IMG/VR virus record: IMGVR_UViG_3300045999_009338
Coordinates: 1-64,000 of that record
Direction: 5' to 3' (one strand)
DNA length: 64,000 nucleotides
Source: a virus
Notes under the pieces: generated by a model
Told to the model about the DNA's origin: nothing
Database searches by the model: none
What the model saw: the letters and a program-made list of their open reading frames with translations, nothing else
Translations under genes and position numbers: made by a program
Part shown: positions 8,801 to 18,264 of the stretch, piece by piece
Layout: every line of letters begins with the position of its first letter
Position numbering within the stretch: position 1 is the stretch's first letter

Positions 8801-11641
8801 CTCGCATCGACTTATGCGCAAGTTTTAATCCTGACTACTGCTTTTAATTTCCTTGCGAAAAGCGCTATTGGTGCTGCTATAGTTGCAATCTCTCAATTTA
8901 TCGCGAAGGGCATTGTTTACGCGCAAGTATCGCTTGGCATGCGTGTTGCCACGCAGCAAACGACCGTAGCAATGTATCAGTTTGGCACAGCAGTACAAAC
9001 TGTAATGATTAAGACTGTCATTGGGATTGCCCTTGTTGCAATTAGTGCTTTAATTGCAAAATTTGTGGAACTTCAGAATGCCATGGCATCAGTGTCTGGC
9101 CAATCCAGACAAATGCAAGATGCTGCTAAGGCATCCGCAAAAATGGGCGACGTAGCAGGCGTCAAGGAGGCAATCGGAAACATGGAAGATCGAGTGCAAA
9201 CTTATAAAAAACTTAAAGGAGAGCTTGATAAAGTAATTGGCGACGAGCATACTTATGGCTTTTACCGTGAAATCCCATCTGCATTGGCGGGAGAATTAAT
9301 GTCGCTAGGCCTTATAGTAGAAAGTTCAATGAGAAAAGTCGGGGCCGGATATAAAGTTAAAATAGGCGACTTGCGGGACGCTTATAATTTAGCCACGAAA
9401 AATGTTTCCGAATTCAATAAGGCTATTGATAGTTCTCAAACACTTGTTGGTCAAGCACAGAAGAAAAATCAGCAGCTTAAGCAGCAAGGAGTCGTCACAG
9501 GAGCGGCGGAAAGCGATCCTAAAGCGTTAGCAAAAGCCGCAGAAGAAGCCCGCAAGCTTGCTGATGATAAGCGTAAGTACGAAGCCGATTTAATGAAGAT
9601 TAGCTCTCAGCAAGCTATAAATTTAAATGAAATGGAGTTTGACCATTGGAAGAATCTACAACAGGCAAAATATGATTTTCTTGAAGCTGGTCAAAATGAA
9701 TGGATGAGTAGAGAGCTGAAATTCCAACGCGATCTTCAAGCGATTGAAATCCGCAGAATTGAAGCAATTCGCAAAGCTCGCATTGAAACAGTAAAAGCGG
9801 AAACCGATGCGCAAGCAAGCGCTTATGTAGCGGGAGATTCCGGCGTTGGCGGAGGTGCCGCTATGTTCGGCGCTACCGGGAGAGTGTTCAATGCTCCTGG
9901 CTGGGTGCATGGTCATTTCCAAAACATGAACCGAGAGGCATTGGTTCAAGACACTGTTGAAGTGGTAATGAAGCTTCTGCAGCAAGGTGTTAAGCCTGAG
10001 TTGGGTAGCGGGCAAAAATTCACTGCTGGAATGCAGCAAGCTCAAGTGGAGCAGTTAGTACGTCGTGGCATTGCTTCTCATAAATCGTACGCGAGTGGAG
10101 TTGGAGCCATTGATGTGTTTGTTCCTCAGGGAACACAAGTGCCAGTTGGCTTGTCAGGAGTGAGCAATCTCGGTGGCGCCGCTGGTATTTCTGGGAATCT
10201 GCCTCGTGGCACGCAATTAATGCACCTCGATCCCAGCTCGCGCTCTGGAGCGGCTGGTGCAGCGCCTGCTGGAGTACCTGCTTCAAGAATAAGAGCAGAA
10301 GCGAAGAAGGATTATGCTTCGGCGCTTGCAAGTCAAGAAGCAATTAATGCGAAAGAAAAAGAAAATCTTGCCACTAAATATGCAAATATTCAGGCGCAAC
10401 AAGAGCTTAATATTCTCATTCGAGAATACACTGCCTCCATTGTTCCAGTGGAACAGCAAAAACTTGAAAATACTCTCTTACAAAATCGCATTAGCTTAAT
10501 CTCGTCCGGGGCGTTTGGAGATGCTCTTGAGACTGAGCAGAAAATTGGCGAAGCCAGAGAAAAAGCTACTCTTGGCATGCAAATGGCCAGCGCTCAAATC
10601 GAGCAAAATAACAAACTAGTGAAAGATGGAATTATCAAACAAGAAGAAGCAGACAAGCTAAATGCTTCTCAAGTGGAAAAGATCAAACAGCTCACTCAAG
10701 GGCTTGAAGCTTACATCCCATTGTTAAGAGAAAGGCTGAAGCTTGAGCAATCAAGCGCAGAAGCCACTTTACGTGGTGAAATCACTCGCGCGACTCCCCT
10801 GGGAGGCATGGGACTTTCTGCTGGTTTTATTGGTCCTGCTAGCGATAGGTTTGAGGAGGCGATTGGTCGTGGGGCTACACAAGATGAGGCGTCCCGTTTC
10901 GCCGAATTACAGAATCAACTTACTCTTCTTGAGAGCAGAAATGAAGCAATCAAACAATCTATCTATGGCATTGGCAATGCTTTTGGCGAAGCTTTAACTA
11001 CTGGCGTAGCAAGCCTCGTTTCCGGCACTGCCACTGCTAAAGAAGTATTTGCAAGCTTCTTGCAAAGCGTGGGTCAAGCTTTGTCTCAAGCGGCTTCGCA
11101 GATGATTGCCACTTACATTGCCATTGGTATTGCAAAAATGTTTGCGGGCCTTGGCGGAGGCGGTGGAAATCCAGCAGGTAGCGGAGGGGGTATTTCAGAC
11201 AGCCTTCCTGGAATACGACAATACGCAGGAGGCCTTGGAGGAGGTGGAGCACCCGGATCTATGCCTTTTGCGCCACCTGCGTTTGCGAATGGTGGCATTG
11301 TTACTGGTCCCACGCTTAGCCTCATTGGCGAAGGCAAATACAACGAAGCTATTGTTCCCCTCCCGGACGGTCGCTCCATCCCCGTGCAGCTTGGCGGACG
11401 TTCTGCCCGCGACCTCATGGGTAATGGCGCTCCCGGCATGCCTCAGGCGCCTTCTCTGAGCATGAAGTTTGAAACGACTAAGATTAATGGCGTAGAATAC
11501 GTTAGCAGGGAACAATTAGAGCAGGCAATGGCAGAAACTCGTCGCGCTTCCATTGCCGGGGGTGCTCAACGAGGCATGTCAATGACGCTCGATAAGATCA
11601 AGCAAAGCCCTTCCACTCGCTCTAGTATTGGTATCCGCTAA
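5810..11641 (+). CDS. Tape measure protein with embedded M23-like peptidase motifs
   Basis: 1943 aa. Tape-measure domain 'AFAQMASKGQVMSEELKGQLGD' and C-terminal 'FANGGIVTGPT...GE' motif. Confidence 0.9.
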   Translation: MAQDAELKLKVSLDLGFFRQQLAGLGQAAAGYNMPINVKFDRSVITKELRNLERALGKKKINIELNLLGGLTKDQLERIQGRLEALSKTKKVEIPVSIKNGATGKDADKVVASIKERLAQNQQIKQGGGKLRIETSVKPSITNEDIAVFKKAVKDKLSKISALEVATKLDVPKVEDLLKGLQKNINRQKPLLAKTSIKPSILSADIKAFKKAVESKLSGITVKINAELETIGGGKTKAQIEKEVLAGLERIQQMGAERMGGGVTEPARRESLRQSLQGRDIGELKDIGKQLGVAGVGKFRNTQNLIERIVTEASIEMITKYLDPQAVMRNPDRSGLNKVLDTFARGLFNMLGMDVASMRQQAAQRRALPGVNFPATVPSRPVSIGPSSTGRALSAGAGPAGMIGAAQAPVGLLPSMSGRSQTQAIVEALIAQQGPRMLPSGGGALVDTKRIYAEFQKNLDNALRRMFTVLEVSVFETGAGLKDGLDTFAYLAQALKDAEARTKQSRIAEEVDSLISRIETALRLAAARVNIRQVQIGIGASMQGALPSARVAGLLPAGVGREPSRYAMGGESREQMMARRTAEAYARSVLRGMDVMGGGAGRPPSPYSYAYRSARPTSAIIPYAQPGAIVPSPVAGEGGAVPPVGGGGGMRGMGGMGGFGRALGGVNLPGAGAIRELGGEFAFATQQVLLFGQAYKLLAFVQNFPAQVGEAVSQLQSFRNTLNSVTGSAEEAGDANEFILAAVEKYNIPLQSARDGFVKLFASMEPAGFAAGEIQNLFLGITKAAATYGLSADKVDRVNYAFAQMASKGQVMSEELKGQLGDVLPGAMGIFAEAAGFTGPDAIQKFNKALEDGVYKGGEMRKLLKNVADGMNKEFGPGAEGAAKTFQGSINRMQNAIKSFYESFEPAAIGVLNQVAVPLVNTLKNITAGINAYFQGQTAATPEAQKFANALQVIVPVISGIAKNAAIVATQLGLMAGVFGSAAIQIGRVLSLPIVGYLASTYAQVLILTTAFNFLAKSAIGAAIVAISQFIAKGIVYAQVSLGMRVATQQTTVAMYQFGTAVQTVMIKTVIGIALVAISALIAKFVELQNAMASVSGQSRQMQDAAKASAKMGDVAGVKEAIGNMEDRVQTYKKLKGELDKVIGDEHTYGFYREIPSALAGELMSLGLIVESSMRKVGAGYKVKIGDLRDAYNLATKNVSEFNKAIDSSQTLVGQAQKKNQQLKQQGVVTGAAESDPKALAKAAEEARKLADDKRKYEADLMKISSQQAINLNEMEFDHWKNLQQAKYDFLEAGQNEWMSRELKFQRDLQAIEIRRIEAIRKARIETVKAETDAQASAYVAGDSGVGGGAAMFGATGRVFNAPGWVHGHFQNMNREALVQDTVEVVMKLLQQGVKPELGSGQKFTAGMQQAQVEQLVRRGIASHKSYASGVGAIDVFVPQGTQVPVGLSGVSNLGGAAGISGNLPRGTQLMHLDPSSRSGAAGAAPAGVPASRIRAEAKKDYASALASQEAINAKEKENLATKYANIQAQQELNILIREYTASIVPVEQQKLENTLLQNRISLISSGAFGDALETEQKIGEAREKATLGMQMASAQIEQNNKLVKDGIIKQEEADKLNASQVEKIKQLTQGLEAYIPLLRERLKLEQSSAEATLRGEITRATPLGGMGLSAGFIGPASDRFEEAIGRGATQDEASRFAELQNQLTLLESRNEAIKQSIYGIGNAFGEALTTGVASLVSGTATAKEVFASFLQSVGQALSQAASQMIATYIAIGIAKMFAGLGGGGGNPAGSGGGISDSLPGIRQYAGGLGGGGAPGSMPFAPPAFANGGIVTGPTLSLIGEGKYNEAIVPLPDGRSIPVQLGGRSARDLMGNGAPGMPQAPSLSMKFETTKINGVEYVSREQLEQAMAETRRASIAGGAQRGMSMTLDKIKQSPSTRSSIGIR

Positions 11642-12036
11642 TGGCAATATTTCCTTCCATTAGACCAACTGGACGATCGTATTCTCCAGGGCAATTTCCA
11701 ACGAAAGTTTATCGTGGACTTTCGGGAGCCACTGTTAAAAGAGTGTTTGGCAATCGGTCATTTGGCCATGCCATTGATCTTCAGTTTGAAAATATTTCCG
11801 ACGCCAATACAAAGGCCATCCTCGATCATTACTATGGCCAATTTGGCAGCTACGTCCGTTTCGCTCTTCCTGATGACGTGTTTTCTGGCATGAGCACAAC
11901 GCTAAAAGGCGTTGTGCAAACTCCCACAAATATTCTCTGGGAATATGCTGAACCTCCCCAAGTGGAAAGCGTGTTCAATGGACGAAGCACTGTTACAGTG
12001 AGGCTGATTGGCGAGCTTGACTATTCTGGCGCTTGA
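11641..12036 (+). CDS. Distal/minor tail protein
   Basis: Immediately follows the tape measure gene; 131 aa. Confidence 0.6.
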   Translation: MAIFPSIRPTGRSYSPGQFPTKVYRGLSGATVKRVFGNRSFGHAIDLQFENISDANTKAILDHYYGQFGSYVRFALPDDVFSGMSTTLKGVVQTPTNILWEYAEPPQVESVFNGRSTVTVRLIGELDYSGA

Positions 12037-12038
12037 TA

Positions 12039-12548
12039 ATGGAAACCTCAGTTCACATTGCCCATTTTCTTTTCATCGAAACTGCTAACGGACAGTCGCA
12101 CTACTATCAAAACTATTTCTTCAATACTGGCGCTTCTACAGTGGCCATTCCAGGCACCGCGTCGCCAACGTATAGGCATGCTCCATTTCGCGTGGAAGGA
12201 GCGTTGTCTTCCTTGAATGGAGAAAATAGCTTGCTGCGCGTACTGTTTCCGCATAGCGCTTTTACCATTGCACTCGTTGAAAACGGAGAAGGCAATCGCC
12301 TTAGCAAGCTTTCCTTGAAAACCGTGTGGATGGCAACAACTGGTTTCATCGTTGACTACAGCAGCTATACCAAGACCGCCGAATACGAGGAGTTTTATGT
12401 GGGCGTTGGCGCTTCATTTGACGATACCACTGTGGAACTGCGTTTCAGGAGCGCAATGGATAGCGTTGGTGCATCATTCCCAAGGCAAACGTTCTCGTCT
12501 AAGAATGTTGGCTTCTTGCCATTGAACGCAGAAATTAGCCTGCGATGA
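12039..12548 (+). CDS. Minor tail protein (gpL-like position)
   Basis: Lambda-like tail-tip gene order. Confidence 0.5.
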   Translation: METSVHIAHFLFIETANGQSHYYQNYFFNTGASTVAIPGTASPTYRHAPFRVEGALSSLNGENSLLRVLFPHSAFTIALVENGEGNRLSKLSLKTVWMATTGFIVDYSSYTKTAEYEEFYVGVGASFDDTTVELRFRSAMDSVGASFPRQTFSSKNVGFLPLNAEISLR

Positions 12549-12937
12549 TCAACGATTTAATTGGCCTTGAGTACGAACGAAGGGCTCGTTTTTCTGAAGG
12601 CGAAGGAAAAACCGATTGCTTTATGCTTGTTTGCGAAGCAAGGCGCCGCCTTGGTCTTCATGATTATGAAGAGGATTTTCGATGGGCATATGACCAATAT
12701 GATTCTGGCAATTTACCAATGAAGAGAATTGTCCGATGGCTATTTGACAATGGCAAAAGGACAAGGGAAAGAGAAGATGGCAATGTGGCGATTATTCTGC
12801 CAAAGCCGGGAGGCGAGATAGCAGTTGGCGTGGCTTATGATGGGGGAATACTTACAGTTTCCCGAGGAGGGCGATCATTCTGGTCGTCATCTTTTCCATC
12901 GCTGAAGCTGTTCAAAATGCTGCCTGATATCAAATAA
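12545..12937 (+). CDS. NlpC/P60-like tail assembly protein
   Basis: N-terminus 'DLIGLEY...TDCFMLV'. Confidence 0.65.
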   Translation: MINDLIGLEYERRARFSEGEGKTDCFMLVCEARRRLGLHDYEEDFRWAYDQYDSGNLPMKRIVRWLFDNGKRTREREDGNVAIILPKPGGEIAVGVAYDGGILTVSRGGRSFWSSSFPSLKLFKMLPDIK

Positions 12938-15900
12938 TGAGACGCCTCCTCCCTTACGAACGCGCTCTAATTGATGCTCTTCAGATTTCCGAAGAAGAAT
13001 ACTGGCAGTTTTATCTGGCACGATTGAATTATCGTGACAACAAGGAAGGAACTATTCTTGACGTAAGAAACGGCATCGAGACAGTTGCTCTTGTTCTTAG
13101 TATTGTTGGCACGCTTGCTCAAGTTGGCGCGGCACTTCTCGCTCCCAGGCCAGAAGCTCCTAGTCAAAAAATGGGACGCCAGTCCCGAAATCTTTTCTTC
13201 GCTCCTCGTTATGGCTTTAATTCTTTTCAAGAAGTGGCACGTTATGGAGACCCAGTTAATCTCGTCTATACAAACAATTCCGAAAATCCTGCTGGTGGCG
13301 TAAGAGTTAATACTTCGCTGGTATGGTCTGCCGTGCATAGTCTTGGAACTAATCAGTTCATGCAAATGCTTGCAGTGGTTGGCGCTGGTCCCATTGAAGA
13401 ATTTGGTTATGGTCGCACGGCTTTTGGTCAAACGCCATTAAGGGACATTCCGGCTCAACGCTTCTGGCTTTATGCGCAGCCAGAAGGAGGACAACTCGCT
13501 TTTATTCACAATCGCTATCCAGAACCACTTAATGACGATGATCCATCAAGAGAAGGAATCACGCCAACTGATGCAGTGTATAAAGCCAACACGTCTGGAC
13601 TGCAAAGACCAGAGGGCTTTAGTCAAGCTTTTTCTCCTACGACAGGCGCCTCATTGGGGGCCTATGACGTGGTGCCCATTAATGTACAAGTGGAAGACAG
13701 AGATGACGAAGGAGACGAAGATCGGGATCGTCTTGGGATTACCATTCCAGACAGGGGAAGTTATTGGCCGGCAAGCTGGCCTGTTGTAGGAGTGCGTCCC
13801 GCGTTGCCAATTGGGGAAAGATTGACGATTATTTTTAATGAAGAGGATGGCAAGCGCGTTGATGAGGACGTGGAAAGGGCCGCTGTTGATTTACGCAGTT
13901 CTTATATTTCCGTTTTTGATTCTTCTAGCGTGTATAAACTTGGCGCAGCTAAGTTACAAATGATCTCTAGTGATATTAGAGACGATATTGACATTGAGGG
14001 ACGGTTCACATTCAAATGCATTGAAGCCGGTGTGCTATGCGAAGAAGACTATGGTACGCTTAATTATCAAGAAAATGGAGAAGAACTGAGAGCTAAGAAA
14101 CGAGAGTTAGAAGCTCTTATTGCTCAATTGAATTCAGAATATGGCGTAGCATTCGGCGACAAGGTGAAGGGAGTTGACGCTGCTGCAATTGATCAATACT
14201 CCACGCAACTAGAGCAGTTAGACGAAAACATCTTAAGGGCATCAGCTATTAGAAAAGGCGATATTTCCTCAAAAGACTTTAGAGATCTTTTGGATGAAAC
14301 TGGAGCATTTGCAGATGCAAATAGGCAAATTAATGAATACGAAGAAGACATCAAAGAAAGGAACAAAATTATTAACGCAATGCGTGACCAAATTAGCGAT
14401 ATTGACGACGCAATTGCCGACATACAATCAGAGCGGCCTTTTGGTGACGACCAAAGAGACAGAATTAAGAAGAGAAGAGCGAACAAGCAAGACAAGAAAG
14501 AAGAAATTGCTAGGCAAACGGAAGCCAAAAAAATATCTCGTAAAAATATGAATGACATTGTTCGCAGGCTTATGCCGCAAGCGATATTGGAGGGCTTATT
14601 TAACGATGCACCAAACACTAGTTTGCGCGACGAGCTACGTGCTATGCGCAGAGAGCGGCGTCAAATTAGACGCGCCATTGATGAACTCATTCGCAATCAG
14701 AGAGACATTCCTGCGGAAACGGCTGCGCAGCAGGATTGGCAGCGTCGATATAACGAGGCTACTAGAGAATTGCGCGAAACTGAGGCTGAATTGAAAAATA
14801 CAGACAACTGGAACGACTATTTCAACACTAAATGTATTGCCAAGATTGACGAAATTAGCTACGAAGCTACTACTAAATGTGACATTATTAATTTTTGCTT
14901 TAAGAGCAAAATCTTCCAGCGCATTCAAGGGCGGCAAAGCGTATATGCCGAAACTGATATGCAGGGGCACAAAGACAGTGATAATGGCGTGCGCAATCGC
15001 ACGTCCATGTTTTGGATGCTCTACAAAAAGCCAACTGACACGCGATATACAAGAGCAAAGTTTGTATTAGCCATTCGTAATGGCAAGGAAGTGGACATCT
15101 ACACGCACCTTCGTTTCATTGCTGCATCGAAAGAAAAATGGCAATTTAAATTCGAGCCCATTGTTGATTTACCAGCAGAGCTGCGCACTCACAACGATGC
15201 GCAAAATATCGACATTCTTTACCTTCGCACTTTTGGTTACGGATTGAATGACAAACAAAAAGGCGTAGACCTTGATGGTGGACATAGACTTATTTTCCGT
15301 GGCATGATTCGTCAGACTATTCGTTTGCGGCCTCGCCTAAATCGCACGCCAAAGTTTATTGATGAGTGGGGGCTTTTCTCGCTGCGTTCTGACACGCAAA
15401 TTTCTTTCTCGTTTGATAGCGGCCCTGAGAATTCCTTGGTGGCAGTTACTGAGCAGCAGCTTGAAAGCTTCTCCCCAAACCTTTACCAGGATCTCGTTTT
15501 GCTTGGTCTGAATATCTACAGTGGACAAGGCGTGCAAGATTTGCGCTCTCTTAGCGCATGGGTGACAAAAGGCAAAAAGGTTCGGAAGCTCTCGGATGGC
15601 GGTAGCTATTCATCTAGTCTTGTTTCGTCAACAAGCTATGCTCCTGAAATTTTTCTCGATACCATTCTTGATGAAAAAAATGGCATTGGCGCCTATGCCA
15701 ATGTCAATGGTATAGACACCGTTCGTCTTGGGCTGGCTCAGAAATTCTGCAGAGCCAATGGCTACTACATGGACGGCGTAATTGCTGAGCCACAATCATG
15801 GCGAGAATTCTGGAGCACTGTTGCACCATTTTCTCTTCTTGAATTTGCGCGAATTGGTGGAAAAGAAACGCTAGTTCCAGCCGTGCCTTATGACGCTTTT

Positions 15901-16653
15901 GGTAATGTCACCAGAAACATTTCTATTTCCGCATTGTTCAATCAAGGAAACATTCTTGAAGATAGCTACAAAGAAGAGTTCCTTGACTATGGCGACAATA
16001 CGCAAGATTTGATTGCCACCATCGTCTATCGCAACACGGAAAATGACAATGTGTTTCCAGGCAATACAAGCTTGACCATAATGCTGGCCGATGCCTCAGA
16101 AAGCAATAGCGTTCGTCAGACGTTTAACTTGTCGGATTTTGTCACAAGAAGAGTGCAGGCGTTGCATTATGGAATGCTGCTTTGCCAGCAGCGTAGGCTT
16201 TCAAGGCGGGCCGTGGAATTCAAAACATTCCCCACCGAAAGTCCTATTGAACCCGGCAGCTATATCTATGTTCAAACTGATCAGAACCAGTGGGACGATT
16301 TCTGCAGCGGCATTGTCGAGGCAGATGGCAGACTGAACACTCCGTTAGCAGAAGATCCAATTAATGGCTCTTACACGGCGCTTTTATATAGCGGCAGTCC
16401 TAACGAAGGAATTGCCAAGCTTTCAGTGTCAGTGACAGATAGTCAATCAGCATCATTCGCTCCTTATGAAGGATGGCTGTTTGTCCTGGGCAACGCAGTG
16501 ACGACAAAGCGTGTTTTCCGCGTAACAGAAGTGACAATGGAAGAAGAAGGTGAAATTACCGTGAGAGCTATTGAGCATCCATGCGAAGAAGTAGGAGGGC
16601 AAACAAAATCAAAGATTGTACGTTTTGACCCATCGCTTTATCGCATTGATTAA
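12937..16653 (+). CDS. Central tail tip/host-specificity protein (gpJ-like)
   Basis: 1238 aa; 'YGDPVNLVY' and C-terminal 'FRVTEVTMEEEGEITVRAIEHP'. Confidence 0.75.
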   Translation: MRRLLPYERALIDALQISEEEYWQFYLARLNYRDNKEGTILDVRNGIETVALVLSIVGTLAQVGAALLAPRPEAPSQKMGRQSRNLFFAPRYGFNSFQEVARYGDPVNLVYTNNSENPAGGVRVNTSLVWSAVHSLGTNQFMQMLAVVGAGPIEEFGYGRTAFGQTPLRDIPAQRFWLYAQPEGGQLAFIHNRYPEPLNDDDPSREGITPTDAVYKANTSGLQRPEGFSQAFSPTTGASLGAYDVVPINVQVEDRDDEGDEDRDRLGITIPDRGSYWPASWPVVGVRPALPIGERLTIIFNEEDGKRVDEDVERAAVDLRSSYISVFDSSSVYKLGAAKLQMISSDIRDDIDIEGRFTFKCIEAGVLCEEDYGTLNYQENGEELRAKKRELEALIAQLNSEYGVAFGDKVKGVDAAAIDQYSTQLEQLDENILRASAIRKGDISSKDFRDLLDETGAFADANRQINEYEEDIKERNKIINAMRDQISDIDDAIADIQSERPFGDDQRDRIKKRRANKQDKKEEIARQTEAKKISRKNMNDIVRRLMPQAILEGLFNDAPNTSLRDELRAMRRERRQIRRAIDELIRNQRDIPAETAAQQDWQRRYNEATRELRETEAELKNTDNWNDYFNTKCIAKIDEISYEATTKCDIINFCFKSKIFQRIQGRQSVYAETDMQGHKDSDNGVRNRTSMFWMLYKKPTDTRYTRAKFVLAIRNGKEVDIYTHLRFIAASKEKWQFKFEPIVDLPAELRTHNDAQNIDILYLRTFGYGLNDKQKGVDLDGGHRLIFRGMIRQTIRLRPRLNRTPKFIDEWGLFSLRSDTQISFSFDSGPENSLVAVTEQQLESFSPNLYQDLVLLGLNIYSGQGVQDLRSLSAWVTKGKKVRKLSDGGSYSSSLVSSTSYAPEIFLDTILDEKNGIGAYANVNGIDTVRLGLAQKFCRANGYYMDGVIAEPQSWREFWSTVAPFSLLEFARIGGKETLVPAVPYDAFGNVTRNISISALFNQGNILEDSYKEEFLDYGDNTQDLIATIVYRNTENDNVFPGNTSLTIMLADASESNSVRQTFNLSDFVTRRVQALHYGMLLCQQRRLSRRAVEFKTFPTESPIEPGSYIYVQTDQNQWDDFCSGIVEADGRLNTPLAEDPINGSYTALLYSGSPNEGIAKLSVSVTDSQSASFAPYEGWLFVLGNAVTTKRVFRVTEVTMEEEGEITVRAIEHPCEEVGGQTKSKIVRFDPSLYRID

Positions 16654-16696
16654 GCATTCTCAAAAGTGCTAAGATTAAAACAAAAGCTTTAAGACA

Positions 16697-17116
16697 ATGC
16701 CTTTCTATACTGGTCGCACTGGCAAGCTGCGTCTTGGTGGCAGCGAAGTGTCGAAAGTTCGTAATTGGACGCTTGACACATCCGTCAACATGCTGGACAC
16801 TACAGCATTAGGAGACACTGCCAATACTTTCACTCCTGGTCTGTTTAGTGCCACTGGTAGCGCCACGTTGTCCTATTACAACGGCGATACCACTGATGTG
16901 ACTAATCTTCTTGAGAGGATCACAAAAACCGGTGCAGTCACCGAAAGCGACCGCGTAAATCTCACTTTTGAAGTGGGGACAAGTCAGACGTTCAATGCTG
17001 ATGCCTATATCAATAGTGCCAGCATCACTTCTTCCACTGATGAACTGACCACTGTTTCGTTTAACTTTACGATTGACGGTCCTTTGGATTCCGTGGTTCT
17101 CACCGGTACCACTTGA
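16697..17116 (+). CDS. Tail-tube-fold protein
   Basis: Pattern 'WTLD...DTTALGD...GLFSATGS...SFNFTIDG'. Confidence 0.6.
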   Translation: MPFYTGRTGKLRLGGSEVSKVRNWTLDTSVNMLDTTALGDTANTFTPGLFSATGSATLSYYNGDTTDVTNLLERITKTGAVTESDRVNLTFEVGTSQTFNADAYINSASITSSTDELTTVSFNFTIDGPLDSVVLTGTT

Positions 17117-17177
17117 TAGAAAGTTTAATTTATCATTTGCATTGTTCGTACAATGGAAGAATAAGCGCTGAAGCGAA

Positions 17178-18188
17178 ATGACGTTCTTTGTTGGCCACAC
17201 AGGCGCTATTAAGCTTCAGCGTGGAGGCGAAAATACTTTTACGGCTAGCGTTTCTGCAAGCGATATCAATACAGTGCTGAATCGCTTTAGTTTTGATGGG
17301 AGTGAAGATAATTTAATCACTGGTGATTTTATTGAAATTTCTACAGAAGATCCCAGGGGGCTGCTTTTCGTACCTACTACGTTCTGGAGTATTCCAGGAG
17401 CGGATGTAGATGGCTACAGCGAAGTGGTATGGTCGTCAGGGAGTACAGCGGCATTATCTGGCTGGCTTGACGATGAAATTAGTACCAGCAGCGCGATACC
17501 TCCTGATGGCTACACAGAATTCAGGCTTGGTGATTATGTTTTCGCGGATAATGCTAGAGCCTATATCAATGTTAATGCTGCTGGCGGCATTCGATTATTT
17601 CCCACTTTTTCTGACGCAATTAATAACGAAAGAGCAAATGAATATGAACTAGCTGAATTCCATGGAGAGCCGATTGTCATAACAGTTGGAATTAGGGATA
17701 CAAAGTTTAATACACTTGGTTCTGTCACGTCATTCGAGATCAATACAGACAGGGCCGCGATGGAAACCACGAGTCTATCGGACAGATTCAAGCAGCAGCA
17801 TTCTGCCGGACTATTGAGTGGAAACGGCAGTATTGAATGCTTGTTTAGCTATGAATCAATCAACAATGAGGAAGTACCATTATTTCTGCTTCAAGTGATT
17901 AACAGGTTGGATGTGGGCAGTGAATTCGCCACGCTTCTTTCTTTATCATCCACAGAGCAATCGCCAGGATTTAGACAGGAGGTTTATTACGATATTCAGG
18001 CAGTGGTCACGCGAGCTGGTGTTACTGTTACATCTGATGCTCTTGTGGCATGTTCAATTGATTTTGTTACCACTGGTGAATTCAAACTGCGAGTTGGCGT
18101 GCCTCCCGAGTATATCCTGAAAGAGGATAACGACGCTATTTATCTTGAGCAGGGCCTTGATTACCTGCTGAAAGAAGTGACAGACTGA
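17178..18188 (+). CDS. Tail protein with a tail-tube-like domain
   Basis: Shares 'F..G.TG...L' and 'TTSLSDRF...GLLSGNGS' motifs with the preceding gene. Confidence 0.55.
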   Translation: MTFFVGHTGAIKLQRGGENTFTASVSASDINTVLNRFSFDGSEDNLITGDFIEISTEDPRGLLFVPTTFWSIPGADVDGYSEVVWSSGSTAALSGWLDDEISTSSAIPPDGYTEFRLGDYVFADNARAYINVNAAGGIRLFPTFSDAINNERANEYELAEFHGEPIVITVGIRDTKFNTLGSVTSFEINTDRAAMETTSLSDRFKQQHSAGLLSGNGSIECLFSYESINNEEVPLFLLQVINRLDVGSEFATLLSLSSTEQSPGFRQEVYYDIQAVVTRAGVTVTSDALVACSIDFVTTGEFKLRVGVPPEYILKEDNDAIYLEQGLDYLLKEVTD

Positions 18189-18264
18189 TAAAGCAAAGAA
18201 AGGGCAGCGATAATAGCTATTATCGAGAGAGACTAGACTGTATTTAGCCCTGCCTTTTTGAGAG

